The notes beneath the pieces are model-generated. The model had not been told where the DNA came from and did no database searches. It saw only the letters and a program-made list of their open reading frames with translations. Shown here one piece after another: positions 46,819 through 55,666 of a stretch of 64,000 nucleotides of DNA (position 1 is the stretch's first letter; each line of letters opens with the position of its first letter). The DNA lies in NCBI GenBank assembly GCA_037139935.1, contig JBAXFL010000010.1, positions 330-64,329 on the forward strand. The letters run 5' to 3'. This stretch comes from Thermoleophilia bacterium. GTDB lineage: Bacteria; Actinomycetota; Thermoleophilia; Gaiellales; Gaiellaceae. A program made the position numbers and the translations under genes.

Positions 46819-46853
46819 AAAAAGGGGCCCCCGGCCGAGACCGGGAGCCCCCC
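46819..46853 (-). terminator. rho-independent terminator after the 46867-47610 gene
   Basis: The minus-strand RNA is GGGGCUCCCGG-UCUCGG-CCGGGGGCCCC followed by UUUUU. That gives an 11-bp stem (one G-U pair), a 6-nt loop and a U-tract, about 15 nt after the stop codon. Confidence 0.8.
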
Positions 46854-46866
46854 TCGCCCAGTTCTC

Positions 46867-47610
46867 CTACGACTGGTTGTTCTGGTGAGACTCCTGCGCC
46901 TTCGGCTCTCGTTCGGCGACGCGCCGGGCGGGGGTCGCTTCCACCTCCGCAAGGCTCAGGCCGCGGGCGGCCCGCACGCGAATCAGGATCTGGTCACCGA
47001 CCTTGAGCCCCGATGCGTCGATCACTGTCGGGATGCGTTGCGCCCAGTGGAGGAACACCGTCTCCGCGCCCGTCGTGAACGTCTGGTCTGCGGGCTGCCC
47101 GATCAGCAGCTTCAGCGCGTGCCGGTTCCCGCCCTTGACGGTGATCGTCACCTTGCCGGCTGCGGTCGAGACCAGGACGCCGCGGAAGAGGTACAGCTGT
47201 CCGGTCGGCCTGGTCAACGTCTGCCCGCGATCGGCCACCGTGGCGGCCGGCCTGGCCCTGATCGTCTCCAGGGTCGCCTCGCGATTCGAGCGGACATCCA
47301 CCGTCACGTAGTCGTTCGGTGCGAGGTCTGCAATGCCCACGACGGTGGGAATCCCGTTCGACCACTTCAGGAACACGGTCTTCTCGCCGGTGGCGAACGT
47401 CTGCACCTGACTCTGCCCGAGGAGCGAGTGGAGAGCCGGGCCGTTGCCGTTCTCGACGGTCACGGTCACCGAGGAGCTGGTCGTGCTCTGGAGCTGTCCG
47501 ACGTAGCGGAAGAGAGCCTTGCCGCCTGGTTCGCCGGCGAATGCAGCGGTTGTCGCTACGAGGGTCGCTGCTACGGCGGCGAACGCGCCGACGATTGTTG
47601 AGCGCTTCAT
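46867..47610 (-). CDS. secreted protein with two internal ~95-aa beta-rich repeats (DUF5666-like by eye)
   Basis: Signal peptide 'AATLVATTAAFAGE'. Repeat 1 is 'LFRYVGQLQS..VTVTVENGNGPALHSLLGQSQVQTFATGEKTVFLKWSNGIPTVVGIADLAPNDYVTVDV'. Repeat 2 is 'LYLFRGVLVS..VTITVKGGNRHALKLLIGQPADQTFTTGAETVFLHWAQRIPTVIDASGLKVGDQILIRV'. Confidence 0.65.
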   Translation of the reverse strand: MKRSTIVGAFAAVAATLVATTAAFAGEPGGKALFRYVGQLQSTTSSSVTVTVENGNGPALHSLLGQSQVQTFATGEKTVFLKWSNGIPTVVGIADLAPNDYVTVDVRSNREATLETIRARPAATVADRGQTLTRPTGQLYLFRGVLVSTAAGKVTITVKGGNRHALKLLIGQPADQTFTTGAETVFLHWAQRIPTVIDASGLKVGDQILIRVRAARGLSLAEVEATPARRVAEREPKAQESHQNNQS

Positions 47611-47643
47611 GTCAGTGTCCTTCCTGTGGGGTGCGATGTCATT

Positions 47644-49053
47644 TCAGACCCTAGGAGGGTGTTGTTCGCCGGATTTCAGGGCTGCGTAAGCCGTAGGTAA
47701 AGCGTGTGGCCCGGCACTGTGGCCTGGAAGTGCGGCCGGGTCGAGCAGCACGCTGAACGTCGATCCGGCACCCGGGGTGCTTTCAACGGAGACCCGGCCA
47801 CCCATGGCGTCTGCCAGTTCAGCGACGATCGCGAGGCCGAGCCCCGTGCCGACGGGGCGGCCGGTGCCGTAGCGATCCCAGAGATAGAAACGCTCGAATG
47901 CGCGCGCGAGATCGTCGGCCGCAAGGCCGGGGCCGCTGTCCACCACCGATAGTCTTCCCGAGGCGGCCTCTATCACCACCGTTCCTCCACGCGGGGTGCA
48001 GCGGATCGCATTCTCGGTGAGGTTGGAGAGGGCCTGCAGCGTGCGCCCGGCATCGGCAATAGCTCCGGAATCCGGATCGATCCTGCTCTCCAGGCGTACC
48101 CCGTAGAGCCGGGCGTCGTTCGCATGTCGGGCGACTGCCTCGTCGGCCACCGAGCCGAGGTCAACGGGGCCGAGTACGACGTCGAACGAGCGGCGGCGGA
48201 GGCGGGCGAGGTCGAGGAGATCACGGATCAGCCGTTCGAGCCGCCGGGTCTCTCGCTCGATCACCTCCCCTGCGCGCTGCGGTGACACGATGCCGTCGCC
48301 GAGGCCCTCGGCATGACCCCGGATAGCCGTCAGCGGCGTCTTCAGCTCGTGACTGACCGAGAGGAGAAACGCACGCTCGGCATCCTGTGCCCGATGGAGC
48401 TCCTGCGAGAGCTCGTTGAACGACGAGGCGAGCTGGCGGAGCTCCGTCGATCCCTCGACCGGCAGAGGATCGGGGTTGTCGCCTCCGGCCAGCAGCCTGC
48501 TTGCGGCAGCAACGCGCGTCACCGGGCGGGCGACGGCCCGGGCAAGCAGGAACGCAACGCCTGCGGCAAGCAGCAGGCCGAGGAGGGCGGCAAGAGCCAG
48601 ACCGAGCAGAAAGGGCGTCCAGTCCGCCGACTGGTTGCGAGCCGACCGCAGCAGCACGATGGCGTCACCGCCCCCGAGTCGGGCGGCGTACAGGAATGGC
48701 TCGCCACGCACATCGACCGTGCCGTCCGCATGCCCGCTCGTCCGCAGCCGAGCTGCAGCCGGGCCGGGTAGGAGCAGCTCCGCCTGCGCGGGCGTGAGGA
48801 GTGCGAGGCGCTCCTCCTCGGTTGCAAGGAACCGGCCGATCTCGCTGTCGCGCCGCGGCAACGGGCTTGCCACGTGTTGTGCTGCGATCAGGTCTACCTG
48901 GCGCGCCAGGGCGCGTCGCGCGTCCTCGTCGAGCGAGCGTCGCGTCAGCGCCAGGCCGACGACCAGCATGACGACGATCGAGACAGCAACGGTCGCGGCA
49001 ATCCCGACGAAGAGCCGCGCTCTCAGCTTGCGAGGCCCGTGCGGGCGGCTCAA
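47644..49053 (-). CDS. membrane sensor histidine kinase (2 TM, HAMP, HisKA, HATPase)
   Basis: H-box 'SHELKTPLTAIRGH' and 'GTGLGLAIVAELADAMGG'. It has two hydrophobic helices flanking a periplasmic-type loop of roughly 130 aa. Confidence 0.88.
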   Translation of the reverse strand: MSRPHGPRKLRARLFVGIAATVAVSIVVMLVVGLALTRRSLDEDARRALARQVDLIAAQHVASPLPRRDSEIGRFLATEEERLALLTPAQAELLLPGPAAARLRTSGHADGTVDVRGEPFLYAARLGGGDAIVLLRSARNQSADWTPFLLGLALAALLGLLLAAGVAFLLARAVARPVTRVAAASRLLAGGDNPDPLPVEGSTELRQLASSFNELSQELHRAQDAERAFLLSVSHELKTPLTAIRGHAEGLGDGIVSPQRAGEVIERETRRLERLIRDLLDLARLRRRSFDVVLGPVDLGSVADEAVARHANDARLYGVRLESRIDPDSGAIADAGRTLQALSNLTENAIRCTPRGGTVVIEAASGRLSVVDSGPGLAADDLARAFERFYLWDRYGTGRPVGTGLGLAIVAELADAMGGRVSVESTPGAGSTFSVLLDPAALPGHSAGPHALPTAYAALKSGEQHPPRV

Positions 49054-49733
49054 GCGACGACCTTGTATCCCGAGCCACGCACGGTGCGGATGAGATCCGG
49101 CCGATCCAGTTTCCGGCGCAGCTGAGCGACGTGCACGTCCACCGTCCGCGTGCCTCCGGGGAAGGAGAGGCCCCAGACCCGTTCGAGCAGGCGCTCACGG
49201 GACATCACGATGCCGGGGTGCGCAAGCAGGTATGCGAGGAGGTCGAACTCCCTGCCGGTGAGATCGATCTGCTGGCCGGCGACGGACACCGTTCGACCGC
49301 CGTGCTCGAGCGAGATGTCGTCCCTCGTGAGTGGTGCTTCCGCATCCTCGGGCTCGGCCCGGCGGAGAACGGCCCGGATCCGGGCAACGAGCTCCCGCGG
49401 CGAGAACGGCTTCGTCACGTAATCGTCGGCGCCGAGCTCGAGCCCTACGATACGATCGACCTCCTCGTCGCGCGCGGTCACGATGACGACGGGAAGTGAC
49501 GAGCTGTCACGGATGGCGCGGCACAGGTCGAGGCCGTCGGCATCGGGGAGCTGGAGGTCGAGGATGGCGAGGCGGAACTCGTTGCGCTCGAGCGCGAGGA
49601 GCGCGTCGGCGCCACGGGAGACCCACATCACGCCGAACCCCTCCCGCTCGAGGTAGGTGCGGACGAGCGTCGCAATGTCCTCCTCGTCCTCGACGAGCAG
49701 AATCGTGCCGCCCCGAGGCGCCCCGACGGTCAC
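49050..49733 (-). CDS. OmpR-family response regulator
   Basis: 'ILLVEDEEDIATL...ILDLQLPDADG' receiver domain plus 'LTGREFDLLAYL...RTVDVHVAQLRRKL'. A TTGA overlap links it to the kinase gene. Confidence 0.9.
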   Translation of the reverse strand: MTVGAPRGGTILLVEDEEDIATLVRTYLEREGFGVMWVSRGADALLALERNEFRLAILDLQLPDADGLDLCRAIRDSSSLPVVIVTARDEEVDRIVGLELGADDYVTKPFSPRELVARIRAVLRRAEPEDAEAPLTRDDISLEHGGRTVSVAGQQIDLTGREFDLLAYLLAHPGIVMSRERLLERVWGLSFPGGTRTVDVHVAQLRRKLDRPDLIRTVRGSGYKVVA

Positions 49734-50311
49734 GCTCTCGCGCGCTTGAGCACGGTGACCGTCTTCGCCGGCCCGCCCTCCGGGTAGTGCACGACGACGA
49801 GCGCACCCGGACCGGCCTGCGACCGGGGGGCCGGAAGACCACCGAACTGGAAGGCCGTTCCTGCGTCGAGGGGAATCCTGATGGTGCCCTCCGGGGTGTC
49901 AACGGCGATCGCCCTCCGGCCGAGCGAGGCCACGACCCCACGGCGGATGACGATGGCGGGGCGACCGACGACCCGGATCACGACCGCAGCGGTGCCGCCG
50001 CCGTGCGTGACCGTCGCGACGTAGCCAGGCCGGATGTCTGTGAGTGCAGCACGCCTGCCGTTGAGCGTCACCCTGGTTGCCGGTGAGACGGCGAACGAGG
50101 CAACGCTCCCGTCGAGCGCGCGCAACTCGATCCGGGCGGTATCGATCGACTGGATGATGCCGCGGTCCTCTCCGAGGGCTGCGGTGGCTGCGGCCCCGAC
50201 GGCAGGGAGGGCGAGAGCCAGGACGGTGCCCGCGACCATCAGCAGGCGCAGTGGACGCAGTGGACGCAGTGGACGCAGTGGACGCAGTGGACGCAGTGGA
50301 CGCAGTGTCAT
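49730..50311 (-). CDS. secreted protein with two beta-rich repeats (DUF5666-like by eye) and an (LRP)6 N-terminus
   Basis: 'MT(LRP)6LRLLMVAGTVLALALPAVGAAATA' followed by 'GIIQSIDTARIELRALDGSVASFAVSPATRVTLNGRRAALTDIRPGYVATV' and a second similar unit. A GTGA overlap links it to the response-regulator gene. An alternative ATG lies at 50239. Confidence 0.6.
   Translation of the reverse strand: MTLRPLRPLRPLRPLRPLRPLRLLMVAGTVLALALPAVGAAATAALGEDRGIIQSIDTARIELRALDGSVASFAVSPATRVTLNGRRAALTDIRPGYVATVTHGGGTAAVVIRVVGRPAIVIRRGVVASLGRRAIAVDTPEGTIRIPLDAGTAFQFGGLPAPRSQAGPGALVVVHYPEGGPAKTVTVLKRARA
50247..50307. repeat. 9-bp microsatellite CGCAGTGGA x6.8 (encodes (Leu-Arg-Pro)n on the minus strand)
   Basis: Six perfect copies (50247-50300) plus a 7-nt partial copy. 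It lies directly after the ATG at 50311. Confidence 0.95.
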
Positions 50312-50417
50312 ACGTGCATTCTTACGGGTATCGGTTAGCCCGTGATGGTGCCGGCGTAAGCGCCGTGTAAAGCGTGCTCTCGGCGGCGCTCGGCGGCTCG
50401 GCGGCTACCCTCTCTCG

Positions 50418-52250
50418 GTGTCCACGCGCGATGACATCCGTAACGTTGCCATTGTGGCGCACGTTGACCATGGGAAAACGACCCTCGTCGATGCCATGTT
50501 GTGGCAGTCCGGGTCGTTCCGGGCCAACCAGGCCGTCGCCGAGCGGGTGATGGACTCGATGGACCTCGAGCGCGAGAAGGGCATCACGATCCTCGCGAAG
50601 AACACCGCGGTCAGGTACGGCGCCACGAAGATCAACATCATCGATACGCCGGGCCACGCAGATTTCGGCGGCGAGGTGGAGCGCGGCCTGCGCATGGTAG
50701 ACGGCGTTCTGCTGCTCGTTGACGCGAGCGAGGGGCCGCTGCCACAGACGCGATTCGTCCTCCGTAAGGCGCTCGAGGCACACCTGCGCGTGATCCTTGT
50801 CGTCAACAAGGTCGACCGACCCGATGCGCGGGTGGAGGAGGTTGTGAACGAGGTCTATGAGCTCTTTCTCGATCTCGACGCCGACGAGAGCCAGATCGAG
50901 TTTCCGATCGTCTACTGCAATGCCAAGGCCGGGAAGGCCGGGCTGAAAGTCGATGAGCTCGCAGACGACCTGCGGCCGCTGCTCGACCTCCTGCTCGAGG
51001 CGATTCCCGCGCCGACCTACGAGGAGGGCCATCCACTGCAGGCCCTCGTCACGAATCTTGACGCCTCGTCGTATGTTGGCCGGCTGGCAATCTGCCGGGT
51101 TCGGAACGGCACGATCAGCAAGGGCCAGCAGGTCGCCTGGTGCCGGGCCGACGGCACCGTCGAGCGTGCCAGGGTCACCGAGCTCTATGTCACGGAGGCG
51201 CTCGACCGCGTCGAGGCTGCTGACGCGGGGCCGGGCGACATCGTTGCGGTTGCCGGAATCCCGGAAGTCACAATCGGCGAGACGCTCGCCGATTTCGACG
51301 ACCCGCGGCCACTGCCGGTGGAGCAGGTAGACGAGCCGTCGCTCTCGATGACGTTCGGGATCAATACCTCGCCGCTCGCCGGCCTGGAGGGCTCGCGACT
51401 CACGGCGAGCCAGGTCAAGAGCAGGCTCGACGCTGAGCTGATCGGCAACGTTTCGCTCCGGGTGCTCCCGACAGAGCGGCCCGACACCTGGGAGGTGCAG
51501 GGCCGTGGCGAGCTCCAGCTCGCCGTTCTCGTCGAGTTGATGCGGCGCGAGGGCTTCGAGCTCACGGTCGGCAAGCCGCAGGTCGTGACAAAGGAGGTCA
51601 ACGGCAAGGTGCACGAGCCCGTGGAGCGGCTCGCAATCGACGCGCCCGAGGAGTACATCGGCGTGCTCACGCAGCTGCTCGCTCTCCGCAAGGGGCGGAT
51701 GGAGCAGATGGTCAACCACGGCACCGGCTGGGTCCGGCTCGAGTACCTCGTGCCGGCACGTGCCCTGATCGGCTTTCGCACCGAGTTTCTCACCGAGACG
51801 CGTGGCACCGGGATCCTGCACCATGTGTTCGACCGCTATGAGCCGTGGTACGGCGAGCTGCGCACGCGGCCGAGTGGCTCTCTCGTCGCCGACCGGCAGG
51901 GCCCGACGACCGGATTTGCGATCTCGAACCTGCAGGAGCGCGGAAAGCTCTTCGTCGGCCCCGGGGTCGGCGTCTACGAGGGGATGATCGTGGGCGAGAA
52001 TGCGCGCTCCGAGGACATGGACGTGAACGCGACCAAGGAGAAGAAGCTCACGAACATGCGCGCGTCGAGCTCGGACGAGCTCGTGCGGCTGATCCCGCCG
52101 ACCCTGCTCTCGCTCGAGCAGGCGCTCGAGTTCATCCGCGAGGACGAGTGCGTGGAGGTGACACCGACCTCGATCCGGTTGCGCAAGGTCGAGCTGGGAG
52201 CGGGTAAGCGCCAGCAGCTGTCGAGTCGCAAGGCCCGCGGGCTGGCGTAG
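50418..52250 (+). CDS. typA: translational GTPase TypA/BipA
   Basis: '[22 protein letters not shown]...[13 protein letters not shown]...[14 protein letters not shown]'. Length 610 aa. Confidence 0.93.
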   Translation: MSTRDDIRNVAIVAHVDHGKTTLVDAMLWQSGSFRANQAVAERVMDSMDLEREKGITILAKNTAVRYGATKINIIDTPGHADFGGEVERGLRMVDGVLLLVDASEGPLPQTRFVLRKALEAHLRVILVVNKVDRPDARVEEVVNEVYELFLDLDADESQIEFPIVYCNAKAGKAGLKVDELADDLRPLLDLLLEAIPAPTYEEGHPLQALVTNLDASSYVGRLAICRVRNGTISKGQQVAWCRADGTVERARVTELYVTEALDRVEAADAGPGDIVAVAGIPEVTIGETLADFDDPRPLPVEQVDEPSLSMTFGINTSPLAGLEGSRLTASQVKSRLDAELIGNVSLRVLPTERPDTWEVQGRGELQLAVLVELMRREGFELTVGKPQVVTKEVNGKVHEPVERLAIDAPEEYIGVLTQLLALRKGRMEQMVNHGTGWVRLEYLVPARALIGFRTEFLTETRGTGILHHVFDRYEPWYGELRTRPSGSLVADRQGPTTGFAISNLQERGKLFVGPGVGVYEGMIVGENARSEDMDVNATKEKKLTNMRASSSDELVRLIPPTLLSLEQALEFIREDECVEVTPTSIRLRKVELGAGKRQQLSSRKARGLA

Positions 52251-52288
52251 CCGCGGCGGATTCGATCGAGTCGCGTACCCTGTCGCCG

Positions 52289-54331
52289 GTGCGCAACCTG
52301 AGGCCTCTCTTCGACCCACGGTCGGTTGCCGTGCTCGGCGCATCCGACGATCCCACGAAGTGGGGTCAGTGGATCGCCGCCGGTGTGTTGAAGGGAGCCC
52401 ATCGCCGTGACGTCTGGCTCGTCAACCGGAAAGGCGGCGAGATCCTCGGCCGGCAGGCATATCGGTCGCTCTCCGAGCTACCGGGCGCTCCCGACCTCGT
52501 CGTGATCTCGCTTCCGGCCGCCGCGTTCGAGCAGGCGATCGACGACTCGCTCGCTGCGGGCGCCCGCGCGATCGTTGTGATCACTGCAGGGCTGGGCGAA
52601 ATCGACGATGCAGGGAAGGCGCGTGAGGCCGCTGCTGTCGAGCGCGTGCGGGCAGCCGGTGCGGTCATGGTCGGCCCGAACTGCCTCGGCGTCTACGACG
52701 CGGCCGCCGAGCTCGATGTCGGCTCCAACGCTTTCACGCCCGGGCTGCTCGGGATCATCTCCCAGAGCGGTAATCTCGCGCTCGAGATGAGCCTGCTCGC
52801 GGCGGAGTATGGCATGGGCGTCTCGCGTTTCGTCTCGCTCGGAAATCAGGCCGACATCCGGGTCGCCGAGCTTGTCGAGGCGTTCGCGGCGGACGAGCAT
52901 ACCCGCGTGATCGGCGTCTACTGCGAGGAGTTTCTGGATGGACGGGCCTTTGCGCGTGCAGGTGCTGCGGCGGTCGCGGCCGGTAAGCAGGTCGTCCTGC
53001 TCGCCGCCGGCAGCAGCGAGGCCGGAGCGCGAGCCGCCGCCTCCCACACAGGCGCACTCGCGAGCGACACCGCTGTCGTCGAGGCGGCCTGTCGTGCGGG
53101 GCAGATCCTGTGCGTGGCGACGCCCAAGCAGCTCGTCGATCGGGCGCTCGCGAGCATCACCCCCTACCGGCCTCGCGGAAAGCGGGTCGCGATCGTGGGG
53201 GATGGCGGCGGCACGGGCGTCGTCACTGCCGACCTCGTCACGGAGGCGGGGCTCGAGTTGCCAGAGCTCTCGCCCGAGCTCGCGAAGCGCCTCACCGATA
53301 TCGCGCCCAGCATCATCACGGCAAATCCCGTAGACCTCGCTGGCGCGGGCGAGCAGGATTTCTGGAACTTCGAGCGCGTCACGACCACGGTGCTCGAATC
53401 GGGTGAGGTGGACGCCGTGATCTTCACCGGGTATTTCGGTGGCTACAGCCAGATGAACGAGCAGTTCGGGATCATCGAGACCGAGGTGGGCCATGCGATC
53501 GCGCGCTCCGCCGGAGCCAACGGGATTCCGCTTCTGGCCCAGGCGATGTACTGGCGCTCGCCACCGGTGAAGGCCCTGCGGGCTGGAGGTGTACCCGTCT
53601 ACCGCGATATCGAGGCGGCCGTTGACACGCTCGCGCACCTCGTGGAGCAGTCAGAGACAGGCGCTCCGGGCATCCCCGAGCCGGGTGAGCCTGCGCCTCC
53701 GATCGTCGGCGACTGCTATTTCGAGTCGCGCGCATTGCTCTCGGAGGCGGGCATTCCGTTCGCCTCTGCCCGACGGACAGACTCGGTCGAGGGCGTGCGG
53801 GCGTTGGCCGCGGAACTCGGCTATCCGGTTGTGCTGAAAGCGCTCGGACTGCTGCACAAGTCGGACGCGGGGGGCGTCGCTCTCGATCTTCGAGACGACG
53901 TGGCCGTGACCGCGGCGGCGGTCGAGATGCAGGAGCGTCTCGCGCCGGATGGGTACTCGGTCGAGACATTCGTGGGTGCGACGGGGGGTGTCGAGCTGAT
54001 CGTGGGCTGTCGGCGTGATCCACGCTTCGGCCCGCTTGTTCTTGTTGGGCTTGGCGGTGTCTACGCGGAGATCCTTCGCGATGTCCGTCTTGCGCTCGCG
54101 CCTGCAGGCGCCGACGAGTTGGAGGAGTTGCTGCTCTCCCTGCGCGGTGCGGGTCTGCTCACCGGCGCACGCGGCAGTGTGCCGGTGGACGTGCGTGCGG
54201 CTGCCGAAGCCGCTGCCGCCCTCTCACGGGTTGCCGCGGCCCACCCGGAGATCACCGAGATCGAGATCAATCCGCTCCTCGTGACGCCCTCGGGCGTGGT
54301 TGGCCTCGACGCCCGCGTCGTGCTTGCCTGA
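52289..54331 (+). CDS. ADP-forming acyl/acetyl-CoA synthetase (CoA-binding + succinyl-CoA-synthetase-like + ATP-grasp fusion)
   Basis: 'FDPRSVAVLGASDDPTKWG' CoA-binding start, 'ISQSGNLA', and a C-terminal ATP-grasp region 'YPVVLKA...HKSDAGGV'. Confidence 0.8.
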   Translation: MRNLRPLFDPRSVAVLGASDDPTKWGQWIAAGVLKGAHRRDVWLVNRKGGEILGRQAYRSLSELPGAPDLVVISLPAAAFEQAIDDSLAAGARAIVVITAGLGEIDDAGKAREAAAVERVRAAGAVMVGPNCLGVYDAAAELDVGSNAFTPGLLGIISQSGNLALEMSLLAAEYGMGVSRFVSLGNQADIRVAELVEAFAADEHTRVIGVYCEEFLDGRAFARAGAAAVAAGKQVVLLAAGSSEAGARAAASHTGALASDTAVVEAACRAGQILCVATPKQLVDRALASITPYRPRGKRVAIVGDGGGTGVVTADLVTEAGLELPELSPELAKRLTDIAPSIITANPVDLAGAGEQDFWNFERVTTTVLESGEVDAVIFTGYFGGYSQMNEQFGIIETEVGHAIARSAGANGIPLLAQAMYWRSPPVKALRAGGVPVYRDIEAAVDTLAHLVEQSETGAPGIPEPGEPAPPIVGDCYFESRALLSEAGIPFASARRTDSVEGVRALAAELGYPVVLKALGLLHKSDAGGVALDLRDDVAVTAAAVEMQERLAPDGYSVETFVGATGGVELIVGCRRDPRFGPLVLVGLGGVYAEILRDVRLALAPAGADELEELLLSLRGAGLLTGARGSVPVDVRAAAEAAAALSRVAAAHPEITEIEINPLLVTPSGVVGLDARVVLA

Positions 54332-54413
54332 GCGGCAACGGAGCGAGGACGCCGCCTCTAGCGTCCCGGCCAACGCACCGGCGTGTGGGACGCTGGTGGT
54401 TGCTCCGCGCCCG

Positions 54414-55577
54414 TCATTCCCAGCCGAGATACGGTGCCGCGCCGCGTTTCTGCAGGCCGCGGGCGATGATCAGCTTCTGGATCTCGCTCGTGCCCTCCCA
54501 GATCCGGTCTACCCGCACCTCGCGGAAGAAGCGCGCCGCCGCGTTCTCGTGCATGTAGCCACGGCCGCCGTGGATCTGCACCGCACGATCGGCCACCCGC
54601 CCCGCCATCTCGGACGCGAACAGCTTCGCCATCGCGACCTTGCCGTGGACGACCTTGCGATCCTCGAGCGTGTCGAAGGCATGGGCTGCGTGGTAGGTCA
54701 GAAGCCGTGCAGCGTGGATCTCCGTCAACGAGTCCGCGAGCGGGAACGAGACACCCTGGTTCTCGATGATCGGCCCACCGAAGGCCTCACGCTCCTTGGC
54801 CCACGCCGTCGCTTCGTCGAGGAGTCGCAGCGCCGCGCCGCAGCAGCGGGCCGCGATGAACAGGCGCTCGACCAGGATCCACTCGCGTGAGCCGGCATCG
54901 CCGCCGGGCACGCGGTTTTCCTCGGGCACCCGGCAGTCCGTAAAGACGATTTCCGGGTGATGGTCGAGGTAGGGGTCGTGCAGGAACCGCGGGGTCTTCG
55001 TGATCTCCATCCCCGGGGTTCCCGGCTCGACGAGGAACAGCATGTGCTCGCCCTTGTGCGCCGCCGCAACGATGTAGATGCCGGCGTCGCCCTCACTCGT
55101 GACGAACCACTTCTCCCCATTGATCACCCAGTCGTCACCGTCGCGGTCGGCCGTCGCTGCCAGTGCCGTGAGGTCGGAGCCGGCACCCGGTTCGGTCAGC
55201 GCCCACGCCTCCCGGTACTCGCCGCGCACGATCGGCAGCACGTACTTCTCGGCCTGCACGGGGGTGAGAAGCTCGAGGAGCTCGCGGGGACCCCGGTCTA
55301 CGACCGTGAACCCGAGCCCGTTTGTCGCCTTTCCGGATTCCTCCTCGAGCGCGACCTGAGCGAGCATCGAGAGATCGCGGCCTCCGAGAGCGGCCGGCAT
55401 GTTGAGCATCGAGAAGCCGGCAGCGCGCGCTTTCGCGCGCAGATCGTCGATCTCGGCCGGGTCGATCGCATTGCGCTCTGCGATTCGCAACTCGACAGGG
55501 TAGACCTCTTCTCTGACGAAGAGGCCGATCTGCCGCTTCAGCTCGGCGATGTCCTTGGGTAGCTCGGGCACGATCAC
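54414..55577 (-). CDS. acyl-CoA dehydrogenase
   Basis: 'ALTEPGAGSD', 'GEKWFVT' and 'QIHGGRGYMHE...RVDRIWEGTSEIQ'. A GGAGG RBS lies 7 nt before the GTG at 55577. Confidence 0.9.
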   Translation of the reverse strand: MIVPELPKDIAELKRQIGLFVREEVYPVELRIAERNAIDPAEIDDLRAKARAAGFSMLNMPAALGGRDLSMLAQVALEEESGKATNGLGFTVVDRGPRELLELLTPVQAEKYVLPIVRGEYREAWALTEPGAGSDLTALAATADRDGDDWVINGEKWFVTSEGDAGIYIVAAAHKGEHMLFLVEPGTPGMEITKTPRFLHDPYLDHHPEIVFTDCRVPEENRVPGGDAGSREWILVERLFIAARCCGAALRLLDEATAWAKEREAFGGPIIENQGVSFPLADSLTEIHAARLLTYHAAHAFDTLEDRKVVHGKVAMAKLFASEMAGRVADRAVQIHGGRGYMHENAAARFFREVRVDRIWEGTSEIQKLIIARGLQKRGAAPYLGWE

Positions 55578-55666
55578 GCGTAGGCCTCCAGGTGTTTGAC
55601 CAGACGGTCAGGAATCGTCTCGGATGCAGGATAGCCGTCAGAGGCGTGCCACTCGCCGGTCATCGC

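Noticed and set aside
50322-52343. 673-aa minus-strand ORF
   Set aside because: It is antisense to typA/BipA, whose product is unmistakable. This is a typical GC-rich shadow ORF.
54360-54394. AGCGTCCC...GGGACGCT inverted repeat between the convergent acyl-CoA synthetase and dehydrogenase genes as a bidirectional terminator
   Set aside because: It has an 8-bp stem but a 19-nt loop and no flanking T/A tracts. Evidence is too weak to call.
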